Assembly: GCA_963822965.1 (NCBI GenBank)
Contig: CAWGJT010000005.1
Location: forward strand, 960,001 to 1,024,000
Length of the DNA stretch: 64,000 nt
Source: an uncultured delta proteobacterium
GTDB lineage: Bacteria > Myxococcota_A > UBA9160 > UBA4427
Direction of reading: 5' to 3'
Made by a program: the position numbers and the translations under genes. The first letter of the stretch is position 1. Each line of letters begins with the position of its first letter. Shown piece by piece: positions 1 through 9,962 of the stretch. The notes beneath the pieces were generated by a model. It was given only the letters and a program-made list of their open reading frames with translations. It did not search any database and had not been told where the DNA came from.

Positions 1-721
1 GGCGCAGCAGGCGGCAGCGGGTGCGCGCCGGCCCCGTGCGCACGAGACGCAGGTAGTTGACGGCGAGGTCCTGCACGGCGACGTCCCGTCCCAGCAGGGC
101 CCGACCCGCGGACTCGGCGGCGAGCTCGATCAGCATGGCAACGACGCCGCCCTGCAGGGCGCCGAGGCTGTTGCCCACGTACGGCGTGATGGGCACCTCC
201 ACGACACCCGCCGCCGCGTCCACGACCCGGCACTGCAAGGCCTCGAGAAGCGGCACCGCCAGCCCGGAGCCCGGGAGCGCGAAGTCCGTACGGGCCTCCT
301 CGGCCCCCGTCCCCATGCGCCGAGCCCCTTCCCGGGCGGAAAGCACCGCGAACGTGAGTGTCGTAAGGCCGATCTCCCGCTCGCACAGCGACAGCGTCAC
401 CTCCAGGACGACGGTGGATCGCGTGCGGCGGAGCACCTGCGGGCGCGCGACGACGACGCCCTCGCGAACGGGTGCGTTCACGTGCAGCACGAGGTCCGAG
501 GTGGCCACCCAGTCGGGACGCACGGCTCGGATGGCGCCCTCGCCGCCGGCCATGTCGACGAGGGTGGCGAGCGCGCCTGCGCGCACGCTGCCCGTAGGAC
601 CGCACAGGTACGGCGTCACCTCCAGGTGGCTGCGCGCACCCGAGGCGTCGCGCAGGGTCCAGAACCCGAGGTCGCGCAGGACGTGCACATCGGGCGGGTA
701 GTCGGATCCAGCGACGCTCAA
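1..721 (-). CDS. PaaI-family (double hot-dog) thioesterase, runs off the window start
   Basis: Manual minus-strand translation from TTG at 721 gives YPPDVHVLRDLG...GSVRAGALATLVDMAGG...VATSDLVLH and a second hot-dog motif GNSLGALQGGVVAMLIELAAE...VQDLAVNYL. Not in the ORF track because it is truncated. Confidence 0.75.
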   Translation of the reverse strand, partial: MSVAGSDYPPDVHVLRDLGFWTLRDASGARSHLEVTPYLCGPTGSVRAGALATLVDMAGGEGAIRAVRPDWVATSDLVLHVNAPVREGVVVARPQVLRRTRSTVVLEVTLSLCEREIGLTTLTFAVLSAREGARRMGTGAEEARTDFALPGSGLAVPLLEALQCRVVDAAAGVVEVPITPYVGNSLGALQGGVVAMLIELAAESAGRALLGRDVAVQDLAVNYLRLVRTGPARTRCRLLR

Positions 722-783
722 GCCCGGTCCCCCGTTCGCCGCCCCACGGTCCGCGGCCTGCCGAAATCGGATAGCGTTCCCCG

Positions 784-1944
784 ATGACCGACGCCGCCCT
801 CGAGCTCGCCGTCCGCGCGCGCGGCCTGGCGCCGCTGCTGGCAGAGCATGCCGCCGAAGCCGAGCGCCTGCGACGGCCCCACGACGCCGTGATCGCCGCC
901 CTCGAAGAGGCGGGCATCTTTCGCCTGATGGTGCCCCGCTGCTACGGCGGGCTCGAGCTCGACCTCGACGCCTTTCTCGAGGTGGGGCTCGCCCTGGCCG
1001 AGGGCGACGCCTCCATGGCCTGGGTCAGCACCTTCTACATCGAGCACAACTGGATGCTGTGCCAGTTCCCGGAGGCCTTCCAGCGCGAGCTCTACGCGGA
1101 TCGCAGCCACGTGCTGGCGCCTGCCATGGTGACGCCCAGCGGGGTGGCGGAGCGCGCGCCCGGGGGCTTCCGGCTGAACGGCCGCTGGAAGTGGGCAACG
1201 GGATCGATGCACGGCACCTGGGTGATCGTCTCCGGCCGGGTCGAGCCGGCCGGGGACGGCGGCCTCGACTTCCGCTTCTGGGCGCTGCCCCGGGAAGACG
1301 TCACCGTCGAGGACACCTGGCACGTGGACGGCATGTGCGGGACCGGCAGCCACGACGTCGTGATCGAGAGCCGCATCGTGCCCGAGGAGCGCAGCGTGAG
1401 CGTCCTCGCGATGAGCGCCGGCCACGCGCCGGGCGCGAAGCTGCACGAGGGCCCTCTGTACCGCACGCCGATGCTCCCGATCCTGGGGCTTGCCGCGTCG
1501 ATGCCCGCCGTGGGGCAGGCGCGGGCCGTGCTGCGGGGCTTCCGCGAGCGCCTGGGCGGGCACGTGCGCCTGGGCAGTGCGACCTCCCAGGCCGAGAAGC
1601 CCGCGGCGCAGATGCGCCTCGCCCGGGCCGAGATCGAGGTCCGCCAGGCCGAGGGTCTGCTGCGGGGGGTGGTGGTCGACGTGATGGCGAAGCGCGAGAC
1701 GGCGACGCCCGCGAACCGCACTCGCTGGCTCGCTTCGCTGGCCTACGCGGTGGACCAGAGCAAGCGCGTCATCGGCAGCGTGGCCGAGGTCAGCGGCGGC
1801 AGCGCCCATTTCCTCGACAACGCCCTGCAGCGCTCGAAGCGCGACGTGGACACCCTGTCGTGTCACGCGGTCCTCGACCTCGACGCGCGCCTCGAGAGCC
1901 ACGGCCGCACCCTGCTGGGGCTCGACCCCGGCGGCATGTTCTGA
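784..1944 (+). CDS. Flavin-dependent monooxygenase oxygenase subunit, acyl-CoA dehydrogenase fold (HsaA-like)
   Basis: Motifs AERLRR, VPRCYGGLE, LNGRWKWATGSMH, DTWHVDGMCGTGSHD and SGGSAHF..NALQR..RD are typical of the HsaA/DszC-type family. Confidence 0.85.
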   Translation: MTDAALELAVRARGLAPLLAEHAAEAERLRRPHDAVIAALEEAGIFRLMVPRCYGGLELDLDAFLEVGLALAEGDASMAWVSTFYIEHNWMLCQFPEAFQRELYADRSHVLAPAMVTPSGVAERAPGGFRLNGRWKWATGSMHGTWVIVSGRVEPAGDGGLDFRFWALPREDVTVEDTWHVDGMCGTGSHDVVIESRIVPEERSVSVLAMSAGHAPGAKLHEGPLYRTPMLPILGLAASMPAVGQARAVLRGFRERLGGHVRLGSATSQAEKPAAQMRLARAEIEVRQAEGLLRGVVVDVMAKRETATPANRTRWLASLAYAVDQSKRVIGSVAEVSGGSAHFLDNALQRSKRDVDTLSCHAVLDLDARLESHGRTLLGLDPGGMF

Positions 1945-1974
1945 GAGGAAGCTCGCTTCCGGCCCTGAGGCGGA

Positions 1975-2001
1975 TTTCCCGAAAACTGGGAAAAAATTCC
2001 C
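1975..2001. promoter_or_regulatory. Overlapping palindromes, candidate enhancer (UAS)
   Basis: TTTCCC-N7-GGGAAA (1975-1993) and GGGAA-N4-TTCCC (1988-2001), an A/T-rich patch about 55-80 bp upstream of a -24/-12 motif. Confidence 0.4.
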
Positions 2002-2052
2002 TACTCGCCCCAGCTGCCGCGTCTCACCCTCGCGACGATCGCCGGCAGGACG

Positions 2053-2069
2053 CCGGCATGAACGTTGCA
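2053..2069 (+). promoter_or_regulatory. sigma54 (-24/-12) promoter
   Basis: CCGGCATGAACGTTGCA has GG(2055-56)-N10-GC(2067-68), matching YTGGCACG-N4-TTGCW. It is followed by a GGGAGGG RBS and ATG at 2097. Confidence 0.65.
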
Positions 2070-2096
2070 TCGCCGGCTTGGTCGCCGGGAGGGCAG

Positions 2097-4269
2097 ATGG
2101 ATCGAGGACGCTGCGAGGGGCCGAAGCGATACGAGCGGCTGAACGGGCTGAGGAGGAGGCGGTCGACCCTGCGGGGGACGGGGCGGTCGGCGTTGTCCGC
2201 GCTTGCGGGGCTGGTGCTCTCGGCCGCGGTGACGCACGCCGCCACCACCGTCCCCACCGACGTCCAGATGCCGGGCACCCAGCCCCAGGACGGCATCAAC
2301 CTCGAGTCGGTGTCGAAGTGCGACAACTGCCACGGCCACTTCGCGAGCCCCTCCTCCCTGCCCGAGGAGCCCTGGTTCAACTGGGCGGGGGGCATGATGG
2401 CCCACGCCAGCCGCGATCCCATCTTCTGGGCGACCGTGGCCGTCGGCGAGCAGGACTTCGACGGATCCGGCGACCTGTGCCTCCGCTGCCACGTGGCCGA
2501 GGGGTGGCTCGACGGTCGCTCGACCCCGACGGACGGCTCGGGGCTGGCGGCCGGAGACGCCGACGGCGTGCAGTGCGACGTCTGCCACCGGCTCACGAAC
2601 CCCGACGACTCGGAGCACCTGGGGGTGCAGAACGCGCCGTTCATCGCGAACGACGGCGGCAGCCCGCCGACCGGCTACTACGGCAGCGGCATGTACGTCA
2701 TCTGGGGGGGCAACTCGAAGCTCGGTCCTTACAGCGACGCGGCGGCGCGCCACCAGTTCCTCCAGTCGCAGTTCCACCGCTCGGTCGATTTCTGCGGCAC
2801 CTGCCACGACGTCTCGAACCCGGTCGTCGGCGACCTGGCGCACAACCACGGCGCGCAGCCGACCGCCGACCCCGTCGTCGCCAGCGGTGTGCCCGGCTCG
2901 CCCGTCACCGGCAAGGCGGCCTTCAACAACTTCCCCTACCAGTACGGCATCGTCGAGCGGACCTTCAGCGAGTACAAGTCGGGCGCCCTCGTGCAGACCC
3001 GCGTGGCGGACTACGCGAGCCTACCCTTGGAGCTCCAGGCGGGCGCCATCGCGCGCGCACGGGACGCGGCGCTGCTTGCGGGCACCGGCGGCAACTACGC
3101 CGACGGCACCACGCGCTTCTTCAGCTGCCAGACCTGCCACATGCGGGCCACCGTGGGCCAGGGGTGCAACAAGAATCCGCCCGTCCGCAGCGACCTCCCC
3201 CAGCACGATCAGACCGGCGGCAACTACTGGATGCCCGACGCGCTCCAATACCTCGACGCCCAGGGAGGTCTCGTGCTCGGCGGCGGGCTCAGCGCCGACC
3301 AGATCGCGGCCCTCGACGCCGGCGCGCTGCGGGCGCGCCAGAACCTCGAGGACGCGGCGGCCCTCTCGGTCGACGAGGCCGCGCGCACCCTCCGCGTGGT
3401 CAACCTCACCGGGCACAAGCTCATCACCGGCTACCCGGAGGGTCGTCGGATGTGGCTGGACATCCGCTGGTACGACGGCGACGACGACCTCGTGCGCGAG
3501 GACGGCGCCTACGGACCGCTCGTCGACGGGCAGAACGACCCCGTCGAGGTGACCGACCCGGCCAGCGGCGAGCCGGTCCAGGTCGATTCCATCCTCGACC
3601 TCGACGACCCGCACACCCGGGTGTATGAAGCGCAGTACGGCATGACCCAGGAATGGGCGAGCCAGCTCGTGGCGCTGGGCGTGCCGACGGGGCTGCCCCT
3701 GGCCTACGACCGCTACACGTCGGCCGTCACCCTCACCCTGGGCGGGCTCGCGTCCCAGGACCCGGGGACGAGCCACGAGACCTTCCACTTCGTGCTCAAC
3801 AACGCAGTCGTGAAGGACAACCGCATCCCGACCTGGGACATGAGCTACGACGAGGCCCGGCAGCGCAACGCGCTGCCCGTGCCCGCGGATCAGTACGGCG
3901 CCCCGGGCCCGGGCGGCGTCTACGACTACTTCGACGTGGTTCCCCTGGATCCTCCGGCGCGCGCAGTCCGCGGCGAGATCGATCTGCTCTATCAGCCCAC
4001 GAGCTGGGAGTACATCCAGTTCCTGGATCTCGCCAACGACGGCACCAGCGCGTTCCTGCGGCGACGAGGGCGCGAACATCCTGGAGGCCTGGCTGCACAC
4101 CGGCATGGCGGCCCCCCACACGATGGCCTCGACCACCATCGTCGTGCCGGAGCCGGGCCGGGTCCTGTCCCTGGCGTGCGGGATCGTCTTCCTCGCCGCG
4201 ATCGAGCGCCGGCGCAGGGGCGGCTTCAGCCGCGGGCGCGCCTTCTCGAGGTGCCCATCGCGAGGATGA
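2097..4269 (+). CDS. Multiheme (5x CxxCH) cytochrome c with C-terminal PEP-CTERM sorting signal; one frameshift near 4060
   Basis: Signal peptide and motifs CDNCH, CLRCH, CDVCH, CGTCH, CQTCH. Removing one extra base near 4060 continues the frame as GDEGANILEAWLHTGMAAP...VVPEPGRVLSLACGIVFLAAIERRRRG... to TGA at 4267-4269. Confidence 0.85.
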
Positions 4270-4954
4270 GCCCTGCACCCAGGAGGGCGAACGTTCCCGG
4301 CTCGGGAACCGTGAGACTCGTGAGCTCGGCCCACACGAATCCCGAGTCGTTCGCGTCGAGGCCGAACGCGACACCCGTCCGGAAGGCCACGTTCGGATCG
4401 TACGGATCGACGTCCGCGAGATCGAGGGGCGCGCTCGGGAACGCCTCCGAGGTGATCACGTCCTGCCCCGAATCGACCAGGTCCAGCTCGAAGAACGGGA
4501 CCGCGAGGAGCCCGGGCTGGGAAGAAGAGACGCCGCTCGAGTAGAGCTTGTACTCGGACAACCCTTCGGGCGGGAAGCCGGTGATGAACCGATCGAGGGC
4601 GACGGTCACGCCCCCGGGCTGCGTGAAGGCCAGCGTCAGATCTCCCGCCACGAGCTGTCCGTCGAGCAGGGAACCCGGGTAGGTTCCCGTGATCGGGTCG
4701 CCCGGACTCGTATCGGGCAGCGTATCGTCCACGACGAAGAAGCCGGTGACGGGCGTGCCGACGTCGATGCCGAGGGCGACCCAGGAAGCGGGAGGCGTCG
4801 TGTTTCCTCCTGTCGTCCAGTAGTCCCGAACCGTGGCGGTGTAGTACCAGGTGGTCGTCGTGGCCCGGACCGGAGACGCGACCGCCAGGCCGAGCGCAGA
4901 AGAGAGCAGGAGCGTGAGGAACGGCGGCACCGTGCGATGAGCGTGGATCTGCAT
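4226..4954 (-). CDS. PEP-CTERM sorting domain-containing secreted protein
   Basis: Signal peptide ending VRA, Thr/Gly/Asp-rich body, C-terminus VPEPGTFALLGAGLILAMGTSRRRARG. Confidence 0.85.
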   Translation of the reverse strand: MQIHAHRTVPPFLTLLLSSALGLAVASPVRATTTTWYYTATVRDYWTTGGNTTPPASWVALGIDVGTPVTGFFVVDDTLPDTSPGDPITGTYPGSLLDGQLVAGDLTLAFTQPGGVTVALDRFITGFPPEGLSEYKLYSSGVSSSQPGLLAVPFFELDLVDSGQDVITSEAFPSAPLDLADVDPYDPNVAFRTGVAFGLDANDSGFVWAELTSLTVPEPGTFALLGAGLILAMGTSRRRARG

Positions 4955-5119
4955 TGCGTGAACCTCCCCAGGGTCGGGTTCACCTTATCACGCTCGCTCG
5001 GGCTCCAGGACGACATTCCCCGGAAGGCCCCGCAGATGCGACTCCGCGGACCGATGCCCCCGAGGGACACGGATCGGGGTCACGTCGCCTGCCGCGTCGC
5101 GGGACGCAGGTCCGGCTGG

Positions 5120-5824
5120 CTACCGCACCAGACCGCGGAGCTGGTCGGTCACCGCGCCCGAGGGCAGGATGAACAGACCCTCGGCCTCGGCGACCAGGGT
5201 GCCTGCGGCCTCGAGCTTGCCGTGGACGGAGATCTTGCGTCCCGCGACGGCGGCGATGCGCACCTCGAAGTCGAGGCGGGTGAAGAGCGGCGTGGGGCGC
5301 CGGTACTGCACGTGCAGCGAGGCGGTCATGGCCGGCAGCTCGAGGGTGAGGGTGTGGTGGCCGAGGATCTGGTCGAAGAACGAGGCCACGTGGCCGCCGT
5401 GCACGCAGCCGGGCGGCCCCTCGAAGACGACGCCGAACGCGACGTCGCCCCGGGTGACGCCGTCCCGCGTCTCGATGCGAACGTCGGCGGCCAGGGGATG
5501 GTGGGCGGGCAGCATCACGCCGTCGACGAGGTAGGGGCGCGCGCCCTCGGGCTCGCCGGGGCGGCCGAGGCGCAGCGCATCCTCGCGCCGGGCGTGGGGA
5601 GCGAGCCGACGCGCCGCTTCGTCGAGGGCGTCCCGGGCCGCGTCGAGCGCGGCGGGCGCGTCGTCGATGCGCAGCATCGCGTCCACCACGGCCCGGACGC
5701 TGGCGCCCAGGGCCGTGAGCTCGGCCGAGGGGGACGTGCCGAGACCGCCGAGCGCTCTCTTCTCGGCGAGCGGACGGTCCTTCTCGCCGTCGGCTGCGGT
5801 CTTCGATTCGTCCGTCGGCTTCAT
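5120..5824 (-). CDS. PaaI-family thioesterase
   Basis: Motif FEGPPGCVHGGHVASFFDQILG...MTASLHVQYRRPTPL. Confidence 0.85.
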   Translation of the reverse strand: MKPTDESKTAADGEKDRPLAEKRALGGLGTSPSAELTALGASVRAVVDAMLRIDDAPAALDAARDALDEAARRLAPHARREDALRLGRPGEPEGARPYLVDGVMLPAHHPLAADVRIETRDGVTRGDVAFGVVFEGPPGCVHGGHVASFFDQILGHHTLTLELPAMTASLHVQYRRPTPLFTRLDFEVRIAAVAGRKISVHGKLEAAGTLVAEAEGLFILPSGAVTDQLRGLVR

Positions 5825-5841
5825 CGGCTTTCCGCGGCGCG

Positions 5842-6318
5842 TCAGGCGTCGCGCCAGAGCTTCTTCCGGGCGCGCACGTTGTCGAGCAGGGAGAGGTTGT
5901 TGGGGGGCGTCTCGTAGCCCTTGGGGTACGGCGGGCGGGGCGGCAGACCCAGGGCCTCGAGCACCGCGGGATGCTCGTAGTAGAGGCGATAGACGTGGAA
6001 GAGGATCATCGGCACGAAGCCCGGCCGGGCGGCGTCGGCCTCCTCGAGCGCGGCGGTGCGCTCGCCCGGCGGCAGCGCCGCGAAGCCCGGCGCACCCCTC
6101 CCGCGGGCCGCCTCGTCGGCGGCGGCCAGACCCGCGGCCACCACCGGCCCGAGCTCCGCCGCGCCCCGCACCACCTCGGCGAGGGCCGACGCCAGGCCGA
6201 GGGAGCCCGCGCCGGGCATCCCCCGCCCGGGGTCCGGGGGCACGATGGTGTCGAGCACGCTCGCGAGGGTGCGCTCCTCGTCGGGCGAGAAGACCGCTGA
6301 ATCGATCGTTTCCTGCAT
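5842..6318 (-). CDS. Gluconate 2-dehydrogenase subunit 3-like protein (GMC partner)
   Basis: TLASVLDTIVPP..MPGAG, GFAALPPGERTAALE, YYEHPAV..ALG..P.PPYPKGY; lies directly downstream of the GMC oxidoreductase. Confidence 0.7.
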   Translation of the reverse strand: MQETIDSAVFSPDEERTLASVLDTIVPPDPGRGMPGAGSLGLASALAEVVRGAAELGPVVAAGLAAADEAARGRGAPGFAALPPGERTAALEEADAARPGFVPMILFHVYRLYYEHPAVLEALGLPPRPPYPKGYETPPNNLSLLDNVRARKKLWRDA

Positions 6319-6347
6319 CCGCGTCGCTCCCGTCCCGGCCCGGTCCC

Positions 6348-7953
6348 TCAGTCGAAGAGGTTCTCGAGGTTGCTCTTGATGCGATCGGCGATGTAGAGCG
6401 AGAGCGCCTGGATGGTGTTCGTCGGGTTCACGCCGCCGGACGTGACGAAGACGCTGCCGTCGGTGATGAAGAGGTTCTTGACGTCGTGGGCGCGGCCCCA
6501 CTCGTTGACCACCGAGCGCTCGGGGTCGCGCCCCATGCGCGCGGTGCCCATCAGATGCCAGCCGGCCGGCGTGAGCGGCGCCTGGGCGAAGGTCTGGTAG
6601 GCGCCCGCGGCCTCCAGTACCTCGCGGCCCCGGGCCACCGCGTGGTCGAGCATCGCCAGGCTGTTCTCGCTGAGGCGGTAGTTGATCTTCGGCGCGGGAA
6701 TCCCGTGGCCGTCGATGAGCTCGGAGTCGAGGGTCACGCTGTTGCAGGCCTCCGGCAGATCCTCGCAGATGATCACCATGCCGGCGGTGCGGTCGAAGAG
6801 CTTCGCGAAGCCCTCGTGGTGGCGGGCGCCCCAGGGCACCATCCCGGTGGACATGCCGGTCAGCGCCGTCGCCACCGCACCCCGCCCGCGCAGGATCTCG
6901 AACGTGTAGCCGCGCACGAACCCCCGGCCGGGATCAGTCTCGTAGAACTCCTGGCTCATCAGGCAGCAGCCGGTGGGGCCCTTGTAGCCCTCCAGCGGCT
7001 CGTGGAAGACGCCGGTCACCATCGCATAGGGATGGAACATGAGGTTCTTGCCGACGAGCCCATTGCGGTTCGCGAGACCTTCGGGAAAGAGCTTCGAGGT
7101 GGAGTTCAGCAGCAGCCGCGGCGTGCCGACGCCGTTGCAGGCGACGATCACGATCTCGGCCTTCTGTTCCTGCAGGACGCCGTCCGCGTCGTAGTAGAGC
7201 ACGCCGTCCGCCATGCCGTCGTCGCGGACGGTGATCTCGCGCACGCGGCAGCGCGTGCGCAGCTCGACGCCGCGACGCACCGCCGCCGGCCAGTAGGTGA
7301 CGTCGGTGCTGGCCTTCGCGCCCTGGGCGCAGCCGGTGATGCACGGCCCCAGGTTGATGCACGGAGCGCGGCCCTCGTACTCGCGGGTGGCGATGGCGCT
7401 GTCCGAAGGCCACCAGTGCCAGCCGAGCGTGTCGAAGCCCCGTGCCAGGGTGTGGCCCACCTTGCCCAGGGGCACCGGCGGAAGCGGCACGGTCTTGGGT
7501 GGGTAGGCGGGGTCGCCGGACACCCCTGCGACGCCCATCATCACGTCGTTCTGTGCGTACCAGGGCTCGAGGGTCGCGTAGTCGATGGGCCAGTCGTCGG
7601 CCACGCCGTCGAGTGTGCGCACCCGGAAGTCCGAGGGGTGGAGCCTCGGGAAGTGCGCCGCGTACAGGATCGTGCTGCCGCCCACGGCGTTGAAGTTCGA
7701 GACGCGGATGGGCGACTCCCCGTCGTTGATCGGATAGTCGGCGGGACGGCCGCGCGTGTTCGGGGCTCAGGGCGAAGTCGCCCATCCCCCGGCTCTCCCA
7801 GTCGAGCCCGGTGCTCGGGTAGCTGGACGGGTCCATCCAGTCGCCCTGCTCGAGACACAGGATCCTCATGCGGGTATCGGAGAGGCTCCAGGCCATCGCC
7901 GCGCCGGCAGCGCCGGCGCCGACGATCAGCACGTCGACGGGATCGTGGGGCAT
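6348..7953 (-). CDS. GMC family oxidoreductase; one frameshift near 7763
   Basis: N-terminal DVLIVGAGAAG..LEQG is in one frame. VGGSTILY, a CINLGPC..GC cysteine cluster, GLVGKNLMFH, HLMGTARMG and GGVNPTNTIQA are in the next frame. Confidence 0.9.
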
Positions 7954-8015
7954 GTCGGGAGCGTAGAGAATGTGACCCGCGAGCGGTGCTACCCTGCCGC
8001 CGTTCCGGAGGCCCC

Positions 8016-8906
8016 ATGGCAACCCTCGACTGGTACGGCTGCGCCACCTTCCGATTGCGAACCTCGGGACTCACGATCTTCCTGGACGCCTACGTCGACC
8101 GCATCCCCGCGGCGGCCGGCCCCGGCCTCCGTGCGGACGACGTGGACGCCTGCGACTGGATCGTGGTCGGGCACTCGCACTTCGACCACCTCTACGGCGC
8201 CGAGCGCATCCTGCGGAACACCCGGGCCACCCTGATCGGCAGCTACGAGAGCGTGCGCGTGATGGAGGCCCAGGGCATTCCCGCGGACCGCATGATCTGC
8301 GTGGCGGGCGGTGAGCGCGTCGACCTCGGGCGCGGCGTCACCGTCTCGGTCTTCCCGAGCCAGCACTCGTGCGTGTGGTCCCAGAAGCAGATGCTCGGGG
8401 CCGGCGAGGTGTGCATCGGCGACCTCGGGCTCACCTGGCAGGACCGCGCCCAGCGCTTCCGGGAGCTGGTGGGCTTCTTCGGCTCGCTCTCGGAGGACGC
8501 GAAGAGCCACCTGCGCGCGGCCAACCAGGGCGACCGGGGCGACGGCGGCGCCCTCGTCTACCTGTTCGAGACGCCCGAGGGCTCGCTCCTCTACCAGGAC
8601 ACCTCGGGGCACTGGACGGGCATCCTGCGCGACCTGCGCCCGGACGTGGCCATCCTGGCCGCCGCCGGTCGGGGCAACGTGGACGGGGAGCCGATCCAGG
8701 GCTCCCTGGCGCAGTTCGTCGCTCGTCAGGCCGAGCTGCTGCGGCCCCGGCGGATCGTGCTCTGCCACCACGACGACTGGCTCCCGGGCTTCTCGGTGGA
8801 CACGGACGTGAAGCCCATCCGCGAGGAGCTGGCCCGCCGGGCCCCGCACAGCGAGCTGCTCGAGCTCGAATATCTGGACGGAAGCGAGATTCTCCCTCCA
8901 AGATGA
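8016..8906 (+). CDS. MBL-fold metallo-hydrolase (UlaG-like)
   Basis: WYGCATFRL, HSHFDH motif and CHHDDW; GGAGG RBS before the ATG at 8016. Confidence 0.85.
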   Translation: MATLDWYGCATFRLRTSGLTIFLDAYVDRIPAAAGPGLRADDVDACDWIVVGHSHFDHLYGAERILRNTRATLIGSYESVRVMEAQGIPADRMICVAGGERVDLGRGVTVSVFPSQHSCVWSQKQMLGAGEVCIGDLGLTWQDRAQRFRELVGFFGSLSEDAKSHLRAANQGDRGDGGALVYLFETPEGSLLYQDTSGHWTGILRDLRPDVAILAAAGRGNVDGEPIQGSLAQFVARQAELLRPRRIVLCHHDDWLPGFSVDTDVKPIREELARRAPHSELLELEYLDGSEILPPR

Positions 8907-8936
8907 GCGCGGTTCCGCCGGGCTCCTGCGAGCTGC

Positions 8937-9962
8937 TCAGGATCGGTCGAGGGCGCGCAGGACGTCCTCGAAGAAGCGCTCCTCGGCGTCGGCCAGCCGG
9001 CCCACCTGCTCGCCCGCGCGCTCGAAGAGCCCGGGATCGCAGTCGTCGCGCTCGCTCTGGAGCCGCAGCAGCTCGGCTACGTCGCGCCAGCCGGCCGCGA
9101 TCTCGTCCAGGCGCTCGGCCTTCAGATCGCGCCCGAGGCCGGGCAGGCGGACCGCTGCCTCGCGCAGGAAATCGGCCTCCAGGGAGCGGAAGAACGAGCC
9201 GCCGGCGCCGCGCTTCACGATCACCTGGTAGCCGAAGCGCGCCGCCCAGGACCAGTCCGGCGCGTGCTGCCAGCCCGCGAGCCCCCGGGCGAGGTCCCGC
9301 ATCGCCGGCAGGCCCGAGGGCAGGTCGTCGTCCGGCGCCAGCATCGCCCGGGCGTTGCGGCAGAGCGCCAGCGGGATCGCCTCGTCCAGCGGACGGCCCA
9401 GCGCGACGGGACCCTCGTAGTCCCCGAACTGGTTCTGGCTCGTCATGGGGTAGTCGGGGGCGTTGCGGGCGCGACGCAGCTCGTCGAACGAGCAGCGCTG
9501 GAGATCCTCGAACTTGCGGTCCGCGATGAAGACGACCCGGCTGGCGTCGTCGTAGCCCACCACCACGCAGCGGTGCCCGGGGAAGTGGCTACTCGTGTGG
9601 TGATAGCCGAGATGGAAGGTGTCGGTGGACACCATGACGGGAACTCCGCGCTCCAGGTAGTCGCGCAGGATGTGCCAGGCCGTGTCGTCGTCGGGCTCGA
9701 CGCGGTCGCGGAGCGGCACCCCGGTATTCAGCCCGAAGTCGCTCTCGAGCGTGCTGCTGCGCCCGTGGAAGAGGCGGGAGGGGCTCGCCCCCTCGAAGTC
9801 CAGGTAGAAGAAGCCGAGCCCGCTGGCGAGACCGAAGACCATCGGCTCGGAGAGCTCGATGCCGTGGTGGCCCAGCACGTTGCGCAGCGCGGTGGACGCG
9901 CAGTGCTCGCCCGTGCGGTGGCGGTAGCGCGGCACCATCACGGCCGGGGTCGCAGCGGTCAC
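8937..9962 (-). CDS. BtrH N-terminal domain / DUF4872 protein (papain-like peptidase fold)
   Basis: GEHCASTALRN, LSEPMVFGLASGLGF, HFPGHRCVVVGYD, GAGGSFFR..ADFL.EA. Confidence 0.8.
   Translation of the reverse strand: MTAATPAVMVPRYRHRTGEHCASTALRNVLGHHGIELSEPMVFGLASGLGFFYLDFEGASPSRLFHGRSSTLESDFGLNTGVPLRDRVEPDDDTAWHILRDYLERGVPVMVSTDTFHLGYHHTSSHFPGHRCVVVGYDDASRVVFIADRKFEDLQRCSFDELRRARNAPDYPMTSQNQFGDYEGPVALGRPLDEAIPLALCRNARAMLAPDDDLPSGLPAMRDLARGLAGWQHAPDWSWAARFGYQVIVKRGAGGSFFRSLEADFLREAAVRLPGLGRDLKAERLDEIAAGWRDVAELLRLQSERDDCDPGLFERAGEQVGRLADAEERFFEDVLRALDRS

Noticed and set aside
4956..4993. Hairpin (GTGAACC...GGTTCAC) partly covering the RBS of the PEP-CTERM gene
   Set aside because: A 7-bp stem is expected by chance at this GC content, and no riboswitch features are recognisable.
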